A program made the position numbers and the translations under genes. Under the pieces are notes generated by a model. That model had not been told where the DNA came from, did no database searches, and saw only the letters and a list, made by a program, of their open reading frames with translations. Shown piece after piece: positions 25,973-37,160 of a DNA stretch of 64,000 bases (positions are counted from its first letter, which is position 1; every line of letters begins with the position of its first letter). Source of the stretch: the human T2T-CHM13v2.0 reference genome, Homo sapiens. The stretch is from the NCBI RefSeq assembly GCF_009914755.1, contig NC_060937.1; one strand, 5' to 3'.

Positions 25973-27404
25973 TGTGAGGTGTGGCTTTGTCTTCCTGAGC
26001 AGTGTGAGGTGTGGCTTTGTCTTCCTGAGCAGTGTGAGGTGTGGCTTTGTCTCCCGAACGGTGTGAGGTGTGGCTTTGTCTTCCTGAGCGGTGTGAGGTG
26101 TGGCTTTGTCTTCCTGAGTGGTGTGAGGTGTGGCTTTGTCTTCCTGAGCAGTGTGAGGTGTGGCTTTGTCTCCCGAAGGGTGTGAGGTGTGGCTTTGTCT
26201 TCCTGAGCGGTGTGAGGTGTGGCTTTGTCTTCCTGAGTGGTGTGAGGTGTGGCTTTGTCTTCCTGAGTGGTGTGAGGTGTGGCTTTGTCTTCTGGAGCGG
26301 TGTGAGGTGTGGCTTTGTCTTCCTGAGCGGTGTGAGGTGTGGCTTTGTCTTCCTGAGCGGTGTGAGGTGTGGCTTTGTCTTCCTGAACGGTGTGAGGTGT
26401 GGCTTTGTCTTCCTGAACGGTGTGAGGTGTGGCTTTGTCTTCCTGAACGGTGTGAGGTGTGGCTTTGTCTTCCTGAGCGGTGTGAGGTGTGGCTTTGTCT
26501 TCCTGAGCGGTGTGAGGTGTGGCTTTGTCTTCCTGAGCGGTGTGAGGTGTGGCTTTGTCTCCTTAATGGTGTGAGGTGTGGCTTTGTCTTCCTGAACGGT
26601 GTGAGGTGTGGCTTTGTCTTCCTGAACGGTGTGAGGTGTGGCTTTGTCTTCCTGAGCGGTGTGAGGTGTGGCTTTGTCTTCCTGAGCGGTGTGAGGTGTG
26701 GCTTTGATTTCCTGAGCGGTGTGAGGTGTGGCTTTGTCTTCCTGAGTGGTGTGAGGTGTGGCTTTGTCTCCTGAGTGTTGTGAGGTGTTGCTTTGTCTTC
26801 CTGAGTGGTGTGAGGTGTGGCTTTGTCTTCCTGAGTGGTGTGAGATGTGGCTTTGTCTTCCTGAGCGGTGTGAGGTGTGGCTTTGTCTTCCTGAGCGGTG
26901 TGAGGTGTGGCTTTGTCTTCCTGAGCGCTGTGAGGTGTGGCTTTGTCTTCCTGAGTGGTGTGAGGTGTGGCTTTGTCTTCTGGAGCGGTGTGAGGTGTGG
27001 CTTTGTCTTCCTGAGTGGTGTGAGGTGTGGCTTTGTCTTCCTGAGCGGTGTGAGGTGTGGCTTTGTCTTCCTGAGCGGTGTGAGGTGTGGCTTTGTCTTC
27101 CTGAATGGTGTGAGGTGTGGCTTTGTCTCCTTAATGGTGTGAGGTGTGGCTTTGTCTTCCTGAGCGGTGTGAGGTGTGGCTTTGTCTTCCTGAGTGGTGT
27201 GAGGTGTGGCTTTGTCTCCTTAATGGTGTGAGGTGTGGCTTTGTCTTCCTGAGCGGTGTGAGGTGTGGCTTTGTCTTCCTGAACAGTGTGAGGTGTGGCT
27301 TTGTCTTCCTGAGCGGTGTGAGGTGTGGCTTTGTCTTCCTGAGCGGTGTGAGGTGTGGCTTTGTCTTCCTGAGCGGTGTGAGGTGTGGCTTTGTCTTCCT
27401 GAGC
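25973..27404. repeat. 30-bp VNTR, ~48 copies (GGTGTGAGGTGTGGCTTTGTCTTCCTGAGC), with some 29-bp units
   Basis: Direct reading; 10-aa periodic ORFs in the track. Confidence 0.97.
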
Positions 27405-27549
27405 CGTGTTTTGCAGGCATTGAGTCGTCATTGCTGGGTCTTGCGTTTGGTTTAGTTTCTCGTCACCCCCCGGCTCTCTGTCCTGCCCATCACGATCATT
27501 CTCACTGCTCAGATGACACCGTTAACTGCCCTTTTTTTTTTCCTTTTAG

Positions 27550-27653
27550 CTTGCATTGGACACACACTACTGGACTTGGATCAACCATTTTGTCATCTGG
27601 GGGTCGCTGCTGTTCTACGTTGTCTTTTCGCTTCTCTGGGGAGGAGTGATCTG
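27550..27653 (+). CDS. ATP11A: ATP11A coding exon (~exon 27), [35 protein letters not shown] (TM9)
   Basis: ccttttag|CTT acceptor, TG|gtaaat donor; 104 nt, phase 0->2. Confidence 0.97.
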
Positions 27654-29751
27654 GTAAATATCTGATAAGTAGCTGATAATCTGATAAATATCATGTGGTT
27701 GTTATTTTTTTATCAAGGGTTGAAGACACATTTTCCGTGCGGCCCTGTTGGTTGGGGCAAGTGTTTGTTGAATGGCTGCTGTGTGCTGGGTGTCGTGGGG
27801 TCCTGGGATACAGTCGGGGGCAAGACACCGGGGGGTTCCTGCTCCGGTGACTTGCATCTTCCGGGGGAGAAAGACGCTAACTGATAACAGCTTGTGACGA
27901 GTTATACGGAGGAACAGACCAGGATTCCGCACCAGGGGACCCATGTCAGATTGAAAGGCCAGAGGTGACTTTTCAGAAACAGTCATTTGAAACCTGGAAG
28001 AAGAGCGCCATCATCACAGCAAGTCCCAGCTGGTAACCGCCTCCCACAACGAGGCACTGGCCAGGCATTCGACAGGTCCTGTCTCACTCCATCCTCACGC
28101 CCCGCAGCAAGATGGGGCCCAGGCATGGTGGGGCTGGACCTTGCCCGCAGCAGCCTGACTCATCGGGGAGCCTCTGGTTTGGGGGAGAGCAGCAGGCACG
28201 CAGGCCCGGGCGGGAGGAGGTCCTCCGTGAGTGGGAGCCGTGGCCAGCGGAGAGGGGCCCGGACCAGGCTGCAGAGCAGGCATGGTGGCCTCCTGGACCG
28301 CCGGCCGTGAGGATCCTGGCTCGAGGCTGTCGTGGTCAGTCGAGGCAGAGCACAGCAGAGTTGAGTGGCTCTTTTAAAAACCCCACGGTGGCTGCGTGTT
28401 GAGCTGGTGAGAGCGACATAGGCAGGGTGGTCAGTCTAGAGACTGTCGCTGTAAGCCAGGAAACGACGCTGAGTGGTATGGGCCCAGGGCCAGGTCCCAG
28501 TCTCAGCCCCAGCGCAGCAGCCTCTGCCACAGCCCTCTGCAGACCTGGGGTCAGTAGCCGGCCTAGGGAAAGCCAGCAACCCACTCAGGATCCCTCAGGG
28601 CCCCTGACCTGGGCGGGACTCTCAGCCCAGGAAGAGTCCCTCCGGATTCTCTCGTTCAGCCAGCGGCCCCTGGTGGCCCCAAGTTGCATTACACAGTCTC
28701 AGAGATGAGAGCCCAGCTTGGAGGGTGTCAGGCACCCTGTCAGCCCCAGAGAAACCTGCTTAGCTCTAGAGAGCCCAGCCCGGCTCTGGAGAGCCCGGCC
28801 ATTCTAACAGCCCTGAAGGCGATGGCTCTGTAAGAGGAAGATTCCATCCCAAACCTCTCTGACCAGCTCCTGGGCTTTGTAGCCAAGGAGCCACAGCCCG
28901 TCAGCCTTGGTAGAACCACGGCCTCTCACATTGTTTCCTAAAACATTGACCCCACGTCTCTGATGTGCTGGGAGCTCACCATGTCACCACCGCTTGGTGA
29001 TGAGACCCCATCCTCCTGCCCGCCACCAGCACCACGTGGGTGCCCCCAGCCCCATCCCAGGTCTGCCAGCAGCTCCGTGTCCCTCCCGTTACCCACCATG
29101 CCCTGCTTCCGTTTCCCTCCTGTTGTCCACACACCAGTTTCACTGTGCTTCCTGGAGCTGGGGCCCTATCTCTGTGTCTCTGCCACCATCCGTAGTGCCT
29201 GGGATGTGAAAGGCGATCAGGAAACGTTACCGGAAGGCACGTATAGACGTGGACCTGTGGGCTCGGGCTGGCTGCGGGTCACTGGTCCCTGCATCCTTGC
29301 CAGCCTCCCTCATGGAGGCTGACGCAGACGTCTTTGAATCATCCTCTTTCTGGGGAGAGAAGTCATTGCTTGCTCTGTACTGACGACCAGTGCTCGGGAC
29401 GTCCTTCCCATCCGAGACTTCAAGATAGAAAAACATCCCTATTTCAATCCCTTTGTGTTTTGTTTTTTGTTTTTTTTTTTTTGCTTCTGTGAAACTGAAC
29501 TTCAGAGACTTCTATGTCCCATTTGAGATGACTTCATAGAATTCCTTCTCCCGTTCCTCTTACCCCAGCATTACCGGGAGGTTCAGTGTTCATTTTTTAT
29601 ATGATAAATTCAGAGCAGGCTCCGTGGCTTGCCAAGCAACTCTCACTGACAAAAGTGTAAACTCCCTGAACAGACGGCCTCTCCAGTGAGTAGAGAGGCC
29701 AGCCCCAGGGAGTACATGCCTCACCAGCGGCTTCTCTTCCCTGCCCCTCAG

Positions 29752-29917
29752 GCCGTTCCTCAACTACCAGAGGATGTACTACGTGTTCATCCAGATGCTG
29801 TCCAGCGGGCCCGCCTGGCTGGCCATCGTGCTGCTGGTGACCATCAGCCTCCTTCCCGACGTCCTCAAGAAAGTCCTGTGCCGGCAGCTGTGGCCAACAG
29901 CAACAGAGAGAGTCCAG
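29752..29917 (+). CDS. ATP11A: ATP11A coding exon (~exon 28), [22 protein letters not shown]...WPTATERVQ (TM10)
   Basis: cccctcag|G acceptor, CAG|gtacgg donor; 166 nt, phase 2->0. Confidence 0.97.
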
Positions 29918-32192
29918 GTACGGAGTGTCCCCAGCCGGGGCGGGGGTGCCTCAGGGCCCTGGCCTTAGGATTGGGAGATGACCATTTTGAAAGACAGTGT
30001 GAAAGGTTTGGATTTCATGAAACGTGATCAGTTCAGGTATCACTAATGAGTGTCCTGACGGTGCATGATGTTAAACATCAGGTACATTTGCGATGACCGA
30101 TGTCTAATTTTATGTTTCAACCTAAACAGTCATCTGAAATGAGACACAAATAAGAGAAAAAAGACTGATGCAAAAGGCAAATTATTTCATGTAAATGGAA
30201 ACCTTTTTTAAAATTAATCATTACTTTAAAAGGTTGAATTACATAATTTTTAAGGATGGTAAATCTGGCTGGAAACGGTAGCATCTGTATCAGGAAATGC
30301 TGGTATTGGTGGAGCTGCTTATTTTACACACTCCCAAGTTTTAGGCACAAGCAGAATTCTGGGTCCAGGGAAGACGTGACGATGCCGAGTGTCCCCCCAG
30401 GTGCAGGGTTTGGCAGGTGTGAGGACTTAGCTCTCGGTCCCCCATCCTTTTCAGCAGCTGGCCTCTGCCTTCAAGCTCAACCCTAAATCAGAGGCAGTGA
30501 CCACGACCCACCTCTGCTGCTTTACTGGGAAGCCTGCCTGTCCTCAGAGGGCCGCTGCACCTGTCACGGTCCCTCAGGACTCTATTAACAATGCAAGTTT
30601 TCAAGTTTCATCCCCGAAATTTCTAATCACTCCTTGAGGTGGAGCCCTGGACTGGGCAGTGCTGAAGCCCAATGGGGAAACGAGGGGTGGGGGCCCCTGG
30701 CAGTGGCTGCTCCTGCAGGGTGTGAGGCTCCCCAGGTGGGAGGAAGACGGGGAGTGAGTGGGGGCCGGGGCCCCAGCCCTGACTCACTCACGTAGCTCAG
30801 ACACCCGGGGGCTGGCTCCCAGCGGTGCTGCTGTGCTGGGAGGGAAGACAGGTTGCCCTCCCTTGGGGGGCACAGCCTCACCCACCACCCACCTCCAACA
30901 ATCAGAATGGGACCCTGGCTTGAGAGCTTTCTTGGGACATTGGTGCCGATTTGAAATGTTGAAACCGATGCCACCAGTTCCCGGCACTCCCTCCTTCATG
31001 CCTCCTGCCACAGTTTGTAAAATCAGAGCGAGCAAAACTCGTGGTGAAGAGACTGCCTCTCAATGTAGTGAAAATGTCCACACACAGCTCCACTGACTCG
31101 GGGGCCACAGGCAGGAGAAACGCAGCAGAACGTGCCAGTTGGCTGCTTATAAGAAGGTCCCACTGAGGGGCCTCTGTGCAGGAGGGGAGACAGTGGGAGC
31201 AGGAGCCGGGGCCCTGGCTGAGACTCCGCGGCCCCCAGTGCTTCAGGGGAAACTCACCGGCCCCAAGCAGCCACTCACTGCCCAGCCCTGCCTGTGGCCC
31301 GAGAAGCAGCTGTCCAGTGGTGGTTTTCTCTAAGCATGGTCCTTGGTTACTGAGCTCTTTAGCTGTGCAGTTCCACAGCGGGCACACGTGTTCATGACAG
31401 GGCTCTGTGCATGGGACACGTGTTCATAACCACATCCCATACATGGGGACGTGGCAGACACACATGTAACAAGGACATCAGGCACAGAAGAGACAGCAGG
31501 GCTGGGGGTCTGACCCCGAGAGAGAGCAGGTGCAGCTTGGGGGTGTCTGCTGGGCCCCTAGCTGTGGCCACAGTGGTGTGGCTTGGGGTTTGCACGAGTC
31601 TCAGCCCCACCTGGCCCCTGGGTGCATGTGGCTGCAGAGGTGCTTGGTCAAAGATGCCTGAGCAGGCAGGAGTTGAACTCGGGGGGTTAGGAGGGCCTCT
31701 CCCCGCAGGAGTCTGGGCTCTTCCATGCACTGTGCACGCAGCCTCCAGAGTCGGGGCTGCCGAGGGCCACGCCCCCGGATGTGTCTGACCACAGGCCCTC
31801 TGCTCTGCAACTCATCTCCAGGATGGGTGGGCACTTTGGGAATGCCAGTGAGGACCCTCCCCGTCCCACCCTTTGTTTAGAAGCCCCTGTATTGCTGTGG
31901 GTCTCTGCGTCCCACAAGAGCCCCGGGAATGCTTATGAACAGCTACACAGCGGGACCTGCAGAAGGCATAAAGCAGGGGGTGGGAGGGGCTGGCGGGTCA
32001 CGGTGGGGGGCACCAGTGTCCGCCCAGAGTGACCAGAAGAACTTGCACGTGGTGGCGAGCCTCTGACTAACTCAGCTCTGTCTCTTGTTTCTCTTTCCTT
32101 CCCATTTCCTTCCGTCTTCCGACCGCTTTGCCTAAATCCTCACACCTTGTTCACACACCCCTGTGTGCGTGGCCGCTGACCTCGGGACTAAG

Positions 32193-32270
32193 ACTAAGAG
32201 CCAGTGCCTTTCTGTCGAGCAGTCAACCATCTTTATGCTTTCTCAGACTTCCAGCAGCCTGAGTTTCTGA
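32193..32270 (+). CDS. ATP11A: ATP11A alternative C-terminus A (TKSQCLSVEQSTIFMLSQTSSSLSF*); exon runs to donor at 32279
   Basis: Matches the canonical ATP11A C-terminus as I recall it; actaag|ACT acceptor; TGA 32268-32270; AAG|gtgatg donor. Confidence 0.92.
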   Translation, partial: TKSQCLSVEQSTIFMLSQTSSSLSF

Positions 32271-34521
32271 TGGAACAAGGTGATGCTCCTCTGCCTTCCA
32301 CGCACCTGGGATGGTAGACACGGGGCAGCAGGGCCATGCCCATCACCAGAGCCCTGAGTCCACGTGCTCTGACGCAGCGTCCACCAGGCGCTGGGTACAG
32401 CAGCCTCACGTCGGGAAGTCCCGCCACCACTTACACCTTCTCATGCACAGACTGATCATGGGCTGTGCTTTCCATCAGTCACAGTTAACCAGGGTTTCTC
32501 CCTCAGCGTCCGTGCAGCCTCAGAACCCACCTGTGTGAGGGTTCAGACACAGCTGACAGCGGAGAGCTGGCCACATGACCCCTCACACAGGTGTCAGAGG
32601 GGTTCCTAAGCAGGAAGGTGTGAGAGTTTGCAATTCACAGGTCATCCAGGCTCTGAGCTCACACACCCTTCCCTCTGCAGCCTGTAGAGCGTGGATCACA
32701 AGGCCTCCTCCCTCACGCACCCACTTCTGTGCCCATTCTGCAGCTGGAAAGACTGAGGGCAGCTAGGATAACACAGTTTGCTCAGGACCCATGCACATTT
32801 CAGAAAAGGGGAGCCAGGCTGAGCCACACAACTGGAGACAAAGAGGGGACGGAAGTGTTTGGTGTCAAATGTTTGACCAAATTCCCTTTTTACTGTTTTT
32901 TAAATGAAAACCTCATTGTTTTTCAAAAAAGCCTTCTATTAATAATTTGCTTTAAAAATGACGACCTTGGCCTTTCTGGGCAATGTAGAGGCGTTCACAC
33001 GCCATTTTTCTGCGGTGGTGTCCATGGTAAGAGCCGAGATTGCAGGGGCCTGCACGCCGTCCTGAAGTCGCGTTCTGTCTTTTAGCCGTGTGCTCCTGCA
33101 CCAAATACCGCCTTCACGCATGCCTCCAAATCAGTGATGCTTTGAAAATGCATACTTGGTATTACTGTTTTACCAAATGCAGCTTAGAAAAATGCCCAAA
33201 GCAGAAAAAGGCTTCTTTTCCCTTTAATAACATCATCTTCTATATATTTTAAACAGGATTTTTAACTGACAAAATGGTCCTTTTTTAAGTCCAAGCAATT
33301 AATCAGAATCAACAGTTTTCTAATTTAGTGTCATCAGAATTTGTTAGATTAAATTGCAGAATTTCATCTCACCATTTCTGTACTTGAAGACATTTAGGAT
33401 GAAATTATTAGGAACATTTTAATGACTCATAAGAGGTCCTTAAGAAACTGATTAAATCATGCCAACTCTGAGCTAAAAATAAGCATTCTAACGATTCATG
33501 TAGTTTGTTGAGAGCTGATTTGCTTCTGAGCATGTACAGAAGCTGAGCCCGGCTGCGTAGAGACAGTGGCACGGAGTTTCTCCTGCCCCCTGCGAGGCCT
33601 TGGGCCCCGGCATGACCCCCACAGACAGGGCCGGCGTCCACACTTGAACAGAAAGCGCCTGCAGCCAGCACATGCCCGGCGCACACGGGAACACGCCGTG
33701 GCGCTGAGACCACCTGCGTTCTGCAAAACTTTGGAGGAATAAACGTGTCACTAGTCCTCACGTGGGGCATATGTTACTTCCAGTGGATGGCTTTCTTTTA
33801 ACCTGTTCCTACGGAAAAGAAAAGCATCACAGGCCTCAGATGTATATGTTATATATGTGCGATTTGCACATATATGCCCGTGCTGGCATCTCTGCGTATC
33901 TGCATGCAGTTCACTTCTCCGTCACTGTCCCCAGGAAGGGTGGCAGCCTCATCCTCTGTTTCCTACTTCTCCTCACCTGGGCGTTTGCCCATTCAGACGT
34001 GCAATTGTGCAATTCCAAGCCCGCAGTTCTTCAGCTCCTGTGCTTCCCTTATTCCTTGAATAAGGCTGGGCTACAAGATCTCAGTGGAGTTCTGTGAGCA
34101 CGCTGGACTCAGGAAAGTCCGTCGCAGGGCCCTGGTAGAGCGGTTCCTGGAGCTCGCTGTCTGCCGTGGAAGTGGGCGTGTGGCTGAACGTGTGGCTTCA
34201 GGATTCCAGCGGTGCCTGGTAGACCTTCCAGCCGAGGGACCTCAGACCCTCTGCCTCCCGCGGGTGCATGGCCCGTCCCTGAGCCTGTCGCTGTCTCAGT
34301 TCTGGGCTCGGGCCCCTCATGGGAGCGGCCCTGCTGGGACAGTGTTTTCCCAAGACGCCCCAAGCCCTCGCCCTGGCAGCTCCATGACACCCCATGCAGA
34401 CTCCAACAGGGGCTTCGAGCCTCTTCCTGCTGGGGTCCCACGGATGGTGCAGGCAGAGGCCCGAGCACTCCTGGTGGCCCCGTGTGGCCCACGTCGCTCA
34501 GTATCTTTCCTCGCCTTGCAG

Positions 34522-34614
34522 AGGGGTGTGAAGCACAAGGCTCCAGTCCAGGCCGCACAGAGCAGCGACGGGCCCCTCCTGAAGGACCTCCTACGGCGGC
34601 CAAGGCGCAGTTAG
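34522..34614 (+). CDS. ATP11A: ATP11A alternative C-terminus B (RGVKHKAPVQAAQSSDGPLLKDLLRRPRRS*); exon runs to donor at 34625
   Basis: tctttcctcgccttgcag|AGG acceptor, phase 0 and in frame with ...ERVQ; TAG 34612-34614; TAG|gtaact donor at 34625 (104-nt exon). Confidence 0.8.
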   Translation, partial: RGVKHKAPVQAAQSSDGPLLKDLLRRPRRS

Positions 34615-35791
34615 CTCCACGCTAGGTAACTGTGCGGCTGCTGGAGGCCGCCCGTGTGCTGTGACTGTCAGACCCGTTTTTCCTCCAAAGTTGTGCTGTG
34701 CTGTGCTGTCTTTGATAACAAAGGTTCACGGTGAGAAAGAGCAGCCCTCTTTACACACACATGCATTTGCTGTCCCAGGTAAGTAACACGCCTGAGGGCA
34801 AGCTGACCACACATGGAACATGCTGTGCACACACACGTGTGCACACTCACCCCACACGCACGGCACACAGCCTGACCAGACCCAGCATCGTCAGACACAG
34901 GCTCACGATCCTGGTCTTTCGGGGGACACAGCTTCACTTAAAAGGCCCATCAGGAAGGACCGTGCTTTGAAATCAAACGTGGTTATTGCATGGTTTGTGT
35001 GGAACTGGGGCCCAGGCAGGTGTGAGTGCAGGTCTTCTGTGTGCCAGCCGGAGCACATAGCTTGTCGCCTCTCCAACAGACATGGAGGCCATGAAGACAT
35101 CTGCTCCTGCCAGCATCCGCCGCTGCCCCCTGGTCTAAAAGTGGGCTGACCTGGGGACGGCCCCTCATCAGACAGATGCGTGCTGCCGGCCTCCTGCCGC
35201 TCCCCTTGCTGGTCAGACCCACAGGGCCCGTGCACATCCGGGGCCCCAGTGGGCTGTCAGAAGCCATGCAGGCCCCATCCGTATGGTGACACCCTAGGCA
35301 ACATGTCAAGGGGATGCAAGCTGGGCACGTCCAGTACTAAATCAACCCGGTCCCTGTGGGGTGGGGCCTGCCTTCCCTGGGGCAGTGAGTTCGCCTTTTG
35401 TTTGAGGGTCTCTGGGTACCGGTATGGCGTTCGAGCTCACTGCACAGGAAGCCAGCTACAGGGAGGAAGCTCGTAGGTTTCCCGTCCATGGCCTGTATCC
35501 CTGGGGCCCCTGGGTTCTTCCCTGGGATGGTGGGACAGGGGGACGGTCACTCTGTTGGTACTGAAAAGGAGAGGCCCTCATTCCTAGACAGAGACCCCTC
35601 GCCTCCATATGGCTTCTCTGGTGGGGTGGATCCCGCCCGGCCTGCCCTCAGGACGAGGGTGTGTCCTGAGTTGAGTCTAGCAGTTCCTGCAGGAGGCGAT
35701 GGTAGTGAGTGCATCCCAGAGTGGCTCAGGTCACCCCAGGCAGCCCCGTGGGTATCCCTGAGACTGACCATGTGTCTCGTTCTCTCAGCAG

Positions 35792-36040
35792 AATGGGTGC
35801 GCACAGCCTCGGGACCGCGACTCAGAATTCACCCCTCTTGCCTCTCTGCAGAGCCCAGGCTACCAGAGCACCTGTCCCTCGGCCGCCTGGTACAGCTCCC
35901 ACTCTCAGCAGGTGACACTCGCGGCCTGGAAGGAGAAGGTGTCCACGGAGCCCCCACCCATCCTCGGCGGTTCCCATCACCACTGCAGTTCCATCCCAAG
36001 TCACAGCTGCCCTAGGTCCCGTGTGGGAATGCTCGTGTGA
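35792..36040 (+). CDS. ATP11A: ATP11A alternative C-terminus C (NGCAQPRDRDSEFTPLASLQ...RSRVGMLV*, 82 aa) at the start of the last exon
   Basis: tctctcagcag|AAT acceptor; open for 82 codons to TGA 36038-36040; matches the long-isoform tail as I recall it. Confidence 0.88.
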   Translation, partial: NGCAQPRDRDSEFTPLASLQSPGYQSTCPSAAWYSSHSQQVTLAAWKEKVSTEPPPILGGSHHHCSSIPSHSCPRSRVGMLV

Positions 36041-36969
36041 TGGATGGTCCTAAGCCTGTGGAGACTGTGCACGTGCCTCTTCCTGGCCCCCAGCAGGCAA
36101 GGAGGGGGGTCACAGGCCTTGCCCTCGAGCATGGCACCCTGGCCGCCTGGACCCAGCACTGTGGTTGTTGAGCCACACCAGTGGCCTCTGGGCATTCGGC
36201 TCAACGCAGGAGGGACATTCTGCTGGCCCACCCTGCGCGCTGTCATGCAGAGGCCATTCCCCCAGGCCTGTGTCTTCACCCACCTGCCATCATTGGCCTT
36301 TGCTGTCACTGGGAGAGAAGAGCCGTCCAGGGACCCATGGTGGCCCACATGTGGATGCCACATGCTGCTGTTTCCTGCTTGCCCGGCCACCACCCATGCC
36401 CTCCATAGGGTGAGGTGGAGCCATGGTGGTGCGTCCTTTACTCAACAACCCTCCAATCCGGATGCTGTGGGAAGGGCCGGGTCACTCGGATACCATCATC
36501 CCTGCGGATGCACCGCCGTACCCTGCTCATCTGGGAGTGGTTTCCCTGCGGTTACGTCCAAGCCCGCCTGCCCTGTGTGTTGGGGCTGGCTGAGTTTCGG
36601 TCTCCCCATCACCGGCCGCCTCGTGGAGAAGGCAGTGCCACGTGGGAGGACAAGGCCACGCCGGCAGCTTCCAGCCCTGCCGCAGAAGTGCCAGGATGTC
36701 CATCAGCCACTCGCCAGGGCACGGAGCCGTCAGTCCACTGTTACGGGAGAATGTTGATTTCGCGGGTGCGAGGGCCGGGAGACAGATACTTGGCTGTGAT
36801 GAGCAGACATCCTCTGTCCCCGTGGAGGGGTCAACACCAAGGTGGTGTTCGTGCACCAGAACCTGTCTCGGGCTGACGGGGGTGGCACACAGGACACGGG
36901 TGGATCCCAACAGGCAGCACCGCACCTCCGCCCGCCTCCCGCACTGCAGCTCCGCCCGCCGGGCTCTGC

Positions 36970-37160
36970 GTCCCCACGTCCCCTCGTCCCATCCCCACGT
37001 CCCCTCATCCCGTCACCTCGTCCCCACATCCCCTTGCCCCGTCACCTCGTCCTCATGTCCCCTTGTCCTGTCACCTCGTCCCCACGTCCCCTCGTCTCAT
37101 CCCCACATCCTCTCGTCCCCTTGTCCCGTCCCCACATACCCTCGTCCCCATGTCCCCACG
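36970..37160. repeat. Degenerate C-rich low-complexity repeat (GTCCCC/CTCGTCCC units)
   Basis: tccccacgtcccctcgtcccatccccacgtcccctc... read directly. Confidence 0.85.

Noticed and set aside
25973-27404. CRISPR-like 30-bp periodicity
   Set aside because: Units are contiguous with no unique spacers, there are no cas genes, and the context is eukaryotic
25920-27455. 503-aa minus-strand ORF and Cys-rich CEVWLCLPER ORFs
   Set aside because: Pure translation of the 30-bp VNTR, with frames switching at 29-bp units
29918-29968. Intron read-through tail [16 protein letters not shown] as a fourth C-terminus
   Set aside because: No nearby canonical polyA signal seen; a short open frame is expected by chance
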